Shown here one piece after another: positions 47,127 to 58,053 of a stretch of DNA of 64,000 bases. The position numbers were made by a program, and so were the translations under genes. This DNA comes from Cetorhinus maximus. Its lineage: Eukaryota. The notes below the pieces were generated by a model, which saw only the letters and a program-made list of their open reading frames with translations, made no database searches and was not told the origin of the DNA. The stretch is from assembly GCF_964194155.1 (NCBI RefSeq), contig NC_135907.1:22382001-22446000 (forward strand), read 5' to 3'. The stretch's first letter is position 1, and each line of letters begins with the position of its first letter.

Positions 47127-49249
47127 AAGGCAATTTGGCAAATTGGATCCAGAATTGGTTGAGTGGCAGGAAGCGGAGGGTAATGGTCAAGGATTGTTTT
47201 TGTGACTGGATGCTTGTATCCAGTGGGGTTCCACAGGGATCAGTGTTGGGTCCCTTGCTGTTTATGGTATATATAAACAATTTAGACCTGAATGTAGGAG
47301 GGTTGATCAGTAAGTTCGCGGATGACACGAAAATTGGTGGGGTGGTAAATAGTGAGGAGGGTAGCCTTAGATTACAAGAGGATATAGACAGGCTGGTCAG
47401 ATGGGCTGATCAGTGGCAAATGGAATTTAATCCGGATAAGTATGAGGTGATGCACTTGGGCAGGACAAACAAGGCACGGGAATACACAATGAATGGTAGG
47501 ACCTTGGGAAGTACGGAGGATCAGAGGGACCTTGGTGTGCATGTCCACCGGTCCCTTAAGGTAGTGGGACAGGTAGATAAGGTGGTTAAGAAGGCATATG
47601 GGATACTTGCCTTTATTAGCCGAGGCATAGAACATAAGAGCAGGGAGGTTATGCTGGAACTGTATAAAACGCTGGTTAGGCCAGAGCTAGATTATTGCGT
47701 GCAGTTCTGGAATCCGCATTATAGGAAGGATGTGATTGCATTAGAAAGAGTGCAGAGGAGATTTGCCAGGATGTTGCCTGGGCTGGAGAGTTTTAGTTAG
47801 GAGGAGAGATTGGATAGACTGGGGTTATTTTCCTTGGAGCAGAGGAGATTGTGGGGGGACATGATTGAGGTGTATAAAATTATGAGGGGTATAGATAGGT
47901 TAGACAGGAAGGAACTTTTCCCCTTGGTGGGGAAATACTAGGGAGCATAGATTTAAAATAAGGGGCAGAAAGTTTAGAGGGGATGTGGGGATGAATTTTT
48001 TCACCCAGAGGGTGGTGGGAATCTGGAACTCTCTGCCTGAAAGGGTGGTAGAGGCAGAAACCCTCATAACATTTAAGAAGTATTTGGATGTGCACTTGCG
48101 ATGCCATGGCATACAAGGCTATGGGCCTAGTGCTGGAAAATGGGATTAGAATAGTTAGGTGCTTGTTTGACCGGCACAGACTCGATGGGCTGAAGGGCCT
48201 TTTTCTGTGCTGTATGACTCTATGACTATGATTAATTGTCCTCAGAAGTGCCCAACAAGCTGTCTCAAATTCATTTTCAAAAATAAAACCAGCCAGCACC
48301 TCACCACTTACTTGGGATGTGTGTAGCTCTAACAGCACTGAAAAAGCTTGACACATTCAGGTAGTTCTTTGATCACCATCACGTCCACCAGTTTAAACAT
48401 TAATTTTTTTTTTATTCATTCACAGGATGTGGGCATCACTTTCTTGGCCAGCATTTACTGCCCCATCTCTAATTGCCCTTGTTCAGGGGGCATTTTTAGA
48501 GTCAACCACATTGCTGTGGGTCTGGCCAGGTGAGGATAGCAGATTTCCTTCCCTAAAGGGCATGAGTGAACCAGATGGGTTTTTACAACAATCAACAATG
48601 GTTTCATGGTCGGCATTAGACTTTTAATTCCAGATATTTATTGAATTCAAATTCCACCATCTGCCATAGTGGGATTTGAACCCTGGTCCCCAGAGAATTA
48701 ACTCTGGATTACCAGTCCAGTGACAATACCACTACACCACCACCTTGACCAGAGAGGCACAGTGGCTGCAGTACATAACATGTACAAGAGGCACTGCAGC
48801 AACTCATCAAGGATCCTTTCAAAAATCCACAATCTCTACCACCTAGAAGAACAAGGGTAGCAGATGCACATGAACATCACCACTCCCAAGTCACACACTA
48901 TCCTGACAATGGAGCTTTAGTGCCGTTCCTTCACTGTCACTGGGTCAAAGTGCTGGGATTCCCTCTTAAACAGCACTGTGGGCGTGCACCTATACCATGT
49001 GGACTGCAGTGATTCAAGAAGGCAGCACACCATCTTCTCAAGGGCAATTAGGAATGGACAATAATACTGGCTTTGCCAGCAATGGCCACATCCCAGAAAT
49101 GAAAAAAAAAATGCTTTGATCTTAAATTTTTCACATTCATGTTTAAATTCCCTCATGGCCTTATCCTTCCCCATCTCTGTAACCTGCTCCTGCTCTAGTT
49201 GTCCTTGAGAATGTAGTACTGAGCTGCCTTTTTGAACTGCTGCAGTCTG

Positions 49250-49465
49250 TGTGGCACCAGCTGGTTTTATTTTTGATAATAAATTCGATACAGCTTCATG
49301 GCTTGTTGGGCACTTCCGAGGACAATTAAGTCTCACACACACACACACCATTTACAACACCTATAATTATAACTGTCCAAAACCCTCTAGTACAGTCTCA
49401 TTTACCTGGTATGAAGTGATCTTTGTACTCCCCTTGACCCCCAAAAGAACAAAAAGTCATCCACA
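49250..49465 (-). mobile_element. Short TGTGG...CCACA element (solo-LTR-like); a split sister copy lies at 42920-~43000 plus 48232-48303
   Basis: 5-bp inverted ends, flanks tctg/actg; reverse complement matches taccaggtaaatgagactg (42970) and ttaattgtcctc.gaagtgcccaacaagc...aaaaataaaaccagc (48232). Confidence 0.65.
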
Positions 49466-49607
49466 ACTGTTTCAGAGCCAGAAACTCTGACAGTTAAAAA
49501 TCCACCAACTTAATCGCCATATCCCCTGCTTTTTTCCCATCGGTTTCATCTCAGCCAATTATACCTGCAGCTCCTTGCAAACCTTTGTGCTGAAGTACCC
49601 TGGTTGG

Positions 49608-49812
49608 AACAAAAACAAAAACAGCTGGAACAACTCAGCAGGTCTGACAGCATCTGCGGAGAGGAGCACAGTTAACGTTTCGAGTCCGTACGACTCTTCA
49701 TACGGACTCGAAACGTCAACTGCATCCCTCTCTGCAGATGCTGTCAAACCTGCTGAGTTTTTCCAGCTGTTTTTTTGCTTTTGTTTCAGATTTCCAGCAT
49801 CCGCAGTATTTG
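49608..49812. mobile_element. Foldback Penelope pLTR remnant
   Basis: Two head-to-head copies (actcagcaggtctgacagcatctgc...gtttcgagtccgta / tacggactcgaaac...gcagatgctgtcaaacctgctgagt) forming a roughly 180-bp palindrome. Confidence 0.85.
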
Positions 49813-49992
49813 ATTGGCTGCTGTTTCCAAAGGGCAGGCAAATAGGGATTAGGTGCACATGATTGGACCATCTTAAATGCCAGTTATGTGTCAGCTGATG
49901 GCTATAGTGCTGATATAAGGGCTGGTTGTAGCAATTTCCTGTTAGGAAGCTGGTTATAGCTGTTAACTGAGAGGCAATACAAGCAAGAAGCA
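49810..49992 (+). promoter_or_regulatory. Probable galectin core promoter and 5'UTR
   Basis: tgATTGGctg (49811) and tgATTGGacc (49860), TATA-like gatataagg about 80 nt upstream of the ATG. Confidence 0.55.
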
Positions 49993-50001
49993 ATGAAGTC
50001 T
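49993..50001 (+). CDS. Prototype galectin exon 1 (MKS, 9 nt)
   Basis: gcaATGAAGTCT|gtgagt, phase 0 as exon 2 requires; preceded by TATA-like GATATAAG (about 49912) and two ATTGG boxes. A 9-nt coding first exon is the galectin-1 pattern. Confidence 0.72.
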
Positions 50002-50737
50002 GTGAGTATTAAACCAACATTGGGTGGAGAGTAGCTGGGCTGTAGTTTGATGCTTGAGTTGAAATTGTCTCAGTGTTCTATTATTAGTTGATTTAAAGCT
50101 GGGTGATATATATTTCTCATTAGGGCCTTTAACCTGCATGTGAAGCCTTTGGGTATTTTTTTAAAGTCAGTTGTACAAAGGAGAGTCAATTTAAAGCAGT
50201 TTTTTGTCCTTGCCTGAGGATTTGCATGGTTAGGAGGGTGTAGTGGACAGTGGGATAAAAATTGAGTTTGGGAGGAGTGAAGTGGCTGTGTCATGAGGTA
50301 ATAATGCTATAAGAGTGAAGCTGCAATTTAATTTTAATTTTGAGCCTATACCCTAAATTGGGGCTCATGGGTCTTGGGAGTATTTGAGGTCACCAGGGGC
50401 CCAAGGATCTATCAGCAGGTCAATTTATCTCATAAATTGAGACAAAATCTTAAATGAAGGGATTTGGTATAAAAATGAGTTTCCATGTTAACCAATTGAC
50501 AGTTGGTTTATAAACCTCATCAGTTTGTTATTTAACCTCTAATAGGTCAAGACTCTTTACAAAAACTATTACTGCATTTTCAAATGCAGTGAAAGAACTG
50601 TTTAAAATCCTACCTTTTGTGACCATGTTGCTATGCATCTCTAAAAGGTTCTGATGACATCTGCTGGAGAGCTTTTATTTTTGCACTTTAGTGGCTTCAG
50701 AACATCTGCTAATGAAGTACTCTTTAAGCATAGTAGA

Positions 50738-50915
50738 TAAAAACAAAAAGCTACTGCGGATGCTGGAAATCCAAAACAAAAACAGAATTACCTGGAAAAG
50801 CTCAGCAGGTCTGAGTTCTGTTGAAGGGTCATGTTGGACTCGAAACGTCAACTCTTTTCTTCTCCACCGATGCTGCCAGACCTGCTGAGTTTTTCCAGGT
50901 AATTCTGTTTTTGTC
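50738..50915. mobile_element. Foldback Penelope pLTR remnant carrying a hammerhead-like motif
   Basis: aaaaacagaattacctggaaaagctcagcaggtctg ... cagacctgctgagtttttccaggtaattctgttttt inverted arms around the motif. Confidence 0.85.
50813..50854 (+). ncRNA. Minimal type I hammerhead-ribozyme-like motif (core variant CUGUUGA)
   Basis: GAGTT-CTGTTGA-A-GGGTC-atgttg-GACTC-GAAAC-GTC-AACTC: stem I GAGTT/AACTC, stem II GGGTC/GACTC, palindromic ACGT stem III, GUC triplet; expected position in a Penelope pLTR. Confidence 0.65.
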
Positions 50916-53900
50916 TTGAAGCATAGTAACTGTTTTAATATAGGAAATGGGGTGCTCAATTTGTAAGCATGGCAGGCTTACACATACAGACAGCAATGAG
51001 TTAATGACCAGATAAGCTGTTTTAGTAATATTCTCCAGATATTGAGACCACCCCCCACCCCACCTACTGCCCTCCTTCAAAATAGTTTGAATGTGGAAGA
51101 CCCCATGACTCTGGGAGGGCAGACAGACCTCTGTTTAACATCTGATATTGCAGCATTGACACAGGGGCTTGTAATCCTGATCTATGGTTTCACATCCCAC
51201 TTGAGAAACACAACAACCTTTTGTCTGAGTGACCCTGACAGCTGACCTGGTGTTGCAGACTTGGCAATTTCCAGGAGCTGTTGGGGCAGTTTTGGGACAA
51301 AGCAGGATTTTTGTGTATAGTAAATAGAGATTTTGCCCAGTCTATGTTGGGAAGAGGTTTTAGCCCTCCACCTTTTAGGAGAGGAAATCATGATCCATAA
51401 TAGCTTGATCATGAGGGAGTATCAGTTTGTTCAAGAGGTGGATGCTCCCCCTGTATCCTCGCTTTAATATCTGACACCGGCCCCCTACTAATCATCCTCT
51501 ATTGTTACTGCTGGCTGGAAATTGGGTGGTTCTGAACCTTTGATATTCATTCATGATTGGTCATTTCATTGTCCAATTCCATTGCAGGTGGAAATTATGG
51601 CCAAGAGATCTGTCTTTTCACAAGTTTCAGAATCTGGTACCTAATACTAAATGTAAAATTGCTTGCTACTGCTACCATCATTACACTTCAGCTGTTTCTC
51701 TACAGCTGATTGCAAATGATGGCTGGTAAGAGTATTTTTTTATTATTGGAATGGCTTTTTGTTCACTGGAAGATCCTTTTACAATGTTTGAATGAGAAAA
51801 CATCAGCTTTTGTGAAATGATCTGTGGATGCAGTAGATAATCCATGTTCTACAATGGCTTGGCAAAAAATCTGTAACCTCTGACCTAAAGCCTGCTGAGC
51901 TGAGCTGGGCTGAATACGCCTGATGTGAGGGATTGTCTGATCCCAATGCAAGTTAACAGGTGTGGTGTGTTTTTTGGCATTTAATCTGATTCTTGATGCC
52001 CTCAAAACAGATGAGACATCCAAAAGTCTGTTTTATCTTTAAAACTGGGTAGAAATGGCACCTTTTTTTTTAATGTTGTCACTTGCTAGGATGTCCCTTT
52101 CCCCAACATGACTGAAAGATGGGTATGATCTAAAAGGGAAATGTTAAACTAGCTGCTCTGGTCCCGATCTTGCCTCATCTTATAGGATTGACACTAAGAG
52201 TGGGACAGAGGGTTATTGATACAATGCTTTCTGTGTGCTGCTGGGAGACGAGATGGTCCCCAATGTCTGATCCCTTGGAGTGGTTATAACTTGCCTGATT
52301 AGGGCAGCAGAGGCTCTGCTTTCAGCACCAGAAGGGATGATGAGGAGTCAATAAGAGACACTTTCCTTCCCTGCCCTCCCACCACCACCACCCGAATAGC
52401 GAGTGAATGCAGATTGAAGTTGATCAGCTGTGTGCTTTCCCCGATTGTAAGCCTTCTAGAAGTGAGAGTATTGAACTGACATCTTCGTATTCAGCTGGTG
52501 TGGGAATGGGATTGCCATGGTTTTGAGGTTAAAGTCAAATTTGGGTGGATTATTGCCTAAATCTGAGACTAGTTATCCAGAGGGGGGAGTGCTCCGTTTC
52601 TGAGGTGAATCCAAGAAAATTTTCATTAACCTTCCTGCAGGTCAAAATATTTTCCTTTTCAGTTAAATCTAATTTTGTGCTTTTTCTTGGTGAGCCATCC
52701 AAATAATTTGGTGGGTAAGACATCTCACCCCTGTGGTCTTCCTACAGGTGCTTGGCTACTTCATTTCAAATTCGCTGTGCAAACTTTCTAGAAAACTGTT
52801 TTAATCTCCATTTGATTATTCAACGGAAACTGGGCACTTCTGCATTCTGCATCTATGGCAATGAAGCTCTTGTGAAACGCACTCCTGAAGTTGGGGCTTA
52901 AATATAGCATGACGCTTACTTTTGCATACAAACAAAACCCAAATTCTAAGAACTTGGTTGGTAGGGGCATGGGGAGAAATTCTGGCAGATCCAGAGTTTA
53001 AAACTACATGGCACAATGACTGTGTACAGAACAGATGATACTTAACTGGTGATTCTATTTTAGTTTCCTGCTTCCACCCACTTATGTCTTTGAAAAATAT
53101 ATTGCTATCTTTAGAGTTCATTACTTTCGATTAACATTAATGATGCCTTTTAAGTTTGTTGTTTTTGCTGTCCAGGTTTCAACCCATTCCTAGGGTCTCC
53201 TGAAACTCCTTGGACATGTTGTCATTGCCAGGTGTTTGGGTGCAAGTATGCTTTATACTCAGCTGAGCCATCCAGACACTAGGAAATAAAGATCCTGAAG
53301 GGACGTAAGATCTAGGAGCTGGAGAAGGCCATTCAGGCCCTCTAGCCCGCTCTGCCATTCATTTGGACCATGGCTGACTTTCCCTTTCAAAACCATTTTC
53401 CTACAGTATCCCATAACCCTTGATTTCTTTACTATCTAGGAATCTATCCAATTGTCTTGAACACAATGACAGATTCCACAGACCTCTGGGGTAGAGAATT
53501 CCAAAGATTCACAGCCCTGCGTGAAGCAATTCCTCCTTGTCTCAGATGGCCTAATCCTTATTCTGATAGCAGCATTGGTTTTGCTCTGGTCACTTGCACC
53601 CAAAACTATTTCCTTTGGGATCAAAGTGCTTTTGGAATTGGGTTTAACCCATCCTGCTCACCAGTTTAAACATTTCTTAAGCTTGAGTATGCCTTCAAGA
53701 TGACCTACCAAGACTAAATGGTTTGTTGGGTTTTCAATGACTTCTTTGGGTCTATTGTATAAATCAGGTGACTAGGTTTGACTCTGCTGGAAGGTGTGAG
53801 TTCCAGCATTTGCTGCATGTTCACATTTCTTCTACCCACCTGTTCTATGGGGTTTAATTTCCAGTAGATATTAAAGTGGGGAAAGCCTAGGGGAGAGTGC

Positions 53901-54014
53901 TTCTCCCCTGTCCACCCCCTCCCCTAACCTCCCCGTTTGTATTTAAACCATGCTCCCAATATATTTGTGCCATTGGTGCTCTTGTCTCAACATTTGGTTT
54001 TCCTGTCCCAATAG

Positions 54015-54094
54015 GTTTTGGAAATGTTTGATGTTGACATGAAAGTTGGTGACACTGTCAAAGTCAAAATTTTTATTGACCCAGATGCAGAAAG
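54015..54094 (+). CDS. Galectin exon 2 (VLEMFDVDMKVGDTVKVKIFIDPDAE+AG, 80 nt)
   Basis: Acceptor tcctgtcccaatag, donor AAG|gtaaga; resembles galectin-2 LEVKNMDMKPG and galectin-1 PDAK. Confidence 0.9.
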
Positions 54095-55450
54095 GTAAGA
54101 GTTAATTCAAGTGCTTTTTAAATGTTCTTATCTATGCTGTTTTGACTTCCACAGCCTCTATCTCTGAACTCCTCTAGCCCTACAGCATTCAAGAACTCTC
54201 TTCCTTGAACTTGGCCTTCTGTACATTTTCAACCTTCACCAATGATGTTTGGGCCTTGGAATTCTCTTCCTAAATCTGTCTGTCTTTAAAAAATGCTTTG
54301 CCTTTTTTAAACCGCTTTGTCCCTTAACTAAGCTTTTCATCAGTTGTTGTAATATCATTGAATTGCTGTCCAATTTTTGCCTTGTGGACCTATGCGACTT
54401 TTTTTTTTTGGAATGTTTGTTTAAATGCTGGCTCCATTGACTGAAAGTGTGTAGCTTAATGGTACAGTCCAAAAATCCCAGTTGGTTAAGGAACAGAAAT
54501 TCTCTGAAGAACTCCCAATGTAGCTAAAAGGGAGCTAACAGTTCTTGGACTTGGTTATGATGCTACTGCAGTTGTACAAGCATCTGAGACTTGCTATGTG
54601 AGTTCACCCAAGATTCACCTGGGGTGGTGGAGGCCAGGGTAGGAAAAGTATATCTGAGGAATTCCTCCCTAGCATTAACTGATCCCTTTGAGAGAAATCT
54701 TCAGCAATTCTGGGAATATTTCATGTTAGATTCTTATTTTAGTAGGATCTAGTAGTATGCTGGGCACTAAACTACTCCAAATGGGAGTTGATGTACAATG
54801 ACCAGTCATTCGTGCATAATGACTGGGATTAAGGCCTCCATATTCGTAGTTGATTGTAAAGTGGTTCTTGCTTATGTGGCCAGTATTTGTTTTTGAATTA
54901 TAAGACTGACTTTTTTTAATATTGATTTCACTACCCCCCTGCCCCAGCCTTTAGAGTGCTGTAGTTGTGAAGTATAAAATAAAGTTTTCATGATTTCTTA
55001 TGGTTGAAAGATGACATTTCTCTTCCATCTAGTCAATATTGATTCTCCCAATAGGTAAGCTATTGGTCAGGAGTGCGCTTTCAGTGCAGTGTTGCTGAAC
55101 CAATAATCCAAATATCATGAGTTTGCATCCCACCATGGCAGTTTTGAGGAAATTTTAAAGGCCGATACCAGTAAGTGACCAAGCTGTTCTAACAATGCAG
55201 CTGTCTTTATTGCTAGGGGGTGGGTTGGAGAAGAGGAGGAAGGAAAATTTCCTGTTGGTTTAGCTATAATTCTGTTCCAACCCACTCTTAACTGTTCTCT
55301 GAAATGGCTGCAAGACACTATCATGGACTGCTGAAGGTGGACAATAAACCAACCTTTGCCCATATTGAGTGAAACTAGCAATATTTTATCTTTTGCAAGA
55401 TTTTGAACTGTGTGGCACTTGGAGCCTGAGCACTCTTCTCTCTTTTGCAG

Positions 55451-55622
55451 GTTTGCAATTAGCCTGGGAAGAGACAACTCTGAGTTGGCGTTGCATTTTA
55501 ACCCTAGGTTTGATGACGATCAAGATGGTCAAGTGATTGTCTTTAACAATAAAGAAGATGGTGAGTGGTGCACCGAGCAGAGAGAGGACACCTTCACCTT
55601 TGAGAAGGGAGAATGCTTTAAG
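55451..55622 (+). CDS. Galectin exon 3, carbohydrate-recognition core (FAISLGRDNSELALHFNPRFDDDQDGQVIVFNNKEDGEWCTEQREDTFTFEKGECFK, 172 nt)
   Basis: HxNPR, VxN and WxxExR beta-galactoside-binding residues are intact; acceptor ttttgcag, donor AAG|gtgagc. Confidence 0.97.
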
Positions 55623-57655
55623 GTGAGCATGGAGGCTGTGATCTAATACATAATTCCCTGCATCCTCCAGGGTGGGTTGGCCTTCCCTGTCTGGATCTGG
55701 TGGTACTAAACTTGGTTTACTTCCTGTTTTAAGCCATGATTGTTACATTAGTTCCTCTTTCCTCCAGAGTGAAGTAAGACCCTCCTAGGCTAAGGAGGAA
55801 AACTTTTTTGAGTTTATAGGCTCAAGGGAGTAGCTTATTCCTGTTTGATATCCATGTCTGACTGTTACTGGTCAGCAATATTCCTGAATGAAGTTAGGAT
55901 ATGAATCATTTGCTGACCAGGACCCTAGTTTGGCTGTCCTAGCTCCTTGTGGCTGTAGAACCCCCTCCCAGGAGGAGTGTAGAGTGTTACCTTCAGTCTG
56001 TTCTCCTTGTTGCAAATTGCTCCCCCAGCTCCTCACCGTTTGTGAAAATCTGACACGTTAATTGTACAGTGTAGCTGTCACAATATGGCAGGTTAATGAT
56101 TTGTCCTTGAGCAATACCTGACCACTATCTGCAAGAGGTTGGTTTCATTGCCAAAAAAATGCTTGAATGATGAGGTGACCTGTTGGCAAATTCAAAAGCA
56201 AGGTTTCCCTTGAATCTACAAGTTTTTGACAGGAAATTGACTTGATCTTTAAGATTGAGTTGAATTATTAGTCTGTGGGTGGGTGGTGCATGGGTCTGTC
56301 CAGAACAAGGGGGGAAAAACCCAAATGTTAGAGTTAGGCCATTCAGGGGTGATGTCAGGAGGCACTTCAGAGTGGAAATCAAACACTCTTCTGTCACCTC
56401 CACAATCCAGCTCGTATGCTGCCACTGTTCAATTTGTGTCCATCAAGTCTGTACTGCCACTTGTGTTCTGGCATATTGCCCATAAAGAAACTGGACTGTT
56501 CTTAAACCCAGGACATCCCTTTGAATTATTGAGTAGCCTGACATGTAGAGGCAGTGCTGCAGTTTAAACCTACTGGCTCACTGCTCATTTTAACCCTTAG
56601 CCTAACCTACTGTGGGCTATTGATGCCAGCCAGCTGCAATAAAATATTTCCTTCCTTGACAAAGGATTGTCTGTTTTTCCCCTACCTCCCAAATGTCGTC
56701 ATCAGGCTGAGACAAGGGACCAATTTACACTGTCAAGTGTAGGGATGACATGGGAGAGAAATTGAATTGGCATTTATCAAATTTAATAGTTTAAACCATG
56801 TCTGAACTATATTAGGCCTTGTCTTGAAGTTGGATAACATCTGCCTCATTCCTATGAACGCCTTTTTTACTGCTTCACCTATCTAATTCCTGTTTTATGC
56901 TTAGTGAGACTGACTGTCTCGGATGTTATCCACTGGCTTGTTACCCAAGCTTTAGTTCAAGTCTTGTTGAAGCAGCTACTGCTTGGATCTGTGTCTCAGT
57001 TGTAACTTGACCATTAACCTGTGGCACTGGTTTAAAACCTGATTTTTTTTTTTTTAAATTGTAATTTTTAAATTGGGAGTGTTCTGGAAAATCTTGCATC
57101 AAAACCTTGAAGCCAATCATTGCTTCTGGTTTAAGGGAACACTGGAGAAACTTGCCATTGTATCGTTGTGTGAAGGGTTACAGCACAGAAGGGAGTCTTT
57201 CACCCTGTCACTTGTGCCAGCTCTCAATAGGAGCAATTTACTTTGTCACTCATCCCAACTTCTCCCTGTAACCCTGCACTTTCTTCCTTTTCAGATATTC
57301 CAATTGCCTCATGATGCCTTTATCAAACTCAGGCAGTGGTTGAATGCCCTCTGAACTAGGGTAATTAAGGATGCCCAATAAATGCTGGCCTAGCCAGTGG
57401 TGCCCAAGAGCCAGTAGAGAAGAAATTTCCAGATCCTAACCACTCACTAAATATTTCATTGCTTTGTTTGCCAGCTGCTTTAAATCCAAGCCCTCTTGTT
57501 CTCATCCTTCCACAAATGGGAACAGTTTCCCCCTATTTATCCTGTCCAGACCCCTCTGATTTTGAATGCCTATTACTAAGCTTCAAAGAAAACAGTCCTA
57601 ACTTCTCTGATCTATGTAACTGAATTGTCTTAATTCCTGAACCATTCTAGTGAAT

Positions 57656-57663
57656 CCTCTCTC

Positions 57664-57699
<36 letters not shown>
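57656..57699. repeat. (CT)n microsatellite within an old CR1 remnant
   Basis: Seen directly. Confidence 0.9.
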
Positions 57700-58053
57700 C
57701 AATACCTTGACACATCTCCTAAAAATGTTGCTCCTAGAACTGGATGTAATATTCTAGTTGAGGCTGAACCGGTGTTCTATAAAGATTTAACACCACTTCC
57801 TTAGTTTTATACTCTGGCCCTATTAATAAAGTCTCTTAACTTGTTAAAGCTGAGGGGTGATCTTGAGTGTTGTATAAGATGATTGTGTAGAACTAGAAAA
57901 TTACCTCCATTGGATTGACTAAGACCTGGGAACATGGGTGTAAACTAATAAAATAAACTATCTCCATATGTGGAATCCTTTATATCTTCTGCTTTTCTTA
58001 AAATAACAAGTTGAATGTAATGGACTAAGGTTTTCTTGGATAATTTTTAAATT

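Larger units (their letters stand above)
43085..48231 (+). mobile_element. Near full-length, disrupted CR1-clade LINE (ORF1 zinc-finger/leucine-zipper + SGNH esterase; ORF2 AP endonuclease + RT)
   Basis: ORF1 43329-~44249: CxxC..CxxC, heptad leucines, VVGDSIVRG, CLPGARV, DGLHLN. ORF2: YFNARSL, VTETW, GDFN, NYRPVSLTS, QHGF, YLDFSKAFD, GVPQGSVLGP, FADD. TATGACTC-type tail. Several stops and frameshifts; 5' end approximate. Confidence 0.93.
42270..49100 (+). mobile_element. Degenerate copy of the second LINE family, split into 42270-42918, about 48300-48365 and about 48745-49100 by later insertions
   Basis: Colinear with 22330-23470; ...caggaatgtgatg breaks off at 42912 and resumes as ccacttacttgggatg...aagcttgacac at about 48305. 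Confidence 0.8.

Noticed and set aside
51716-51725. ATGATGGCTG|gtaag as galectin coding exon 1
   Set aside because: It ends in phase 1 but exon 2 needs phase 0; ATGAAGTCT|gtgagt at 49993 fits and has promoter motifs.
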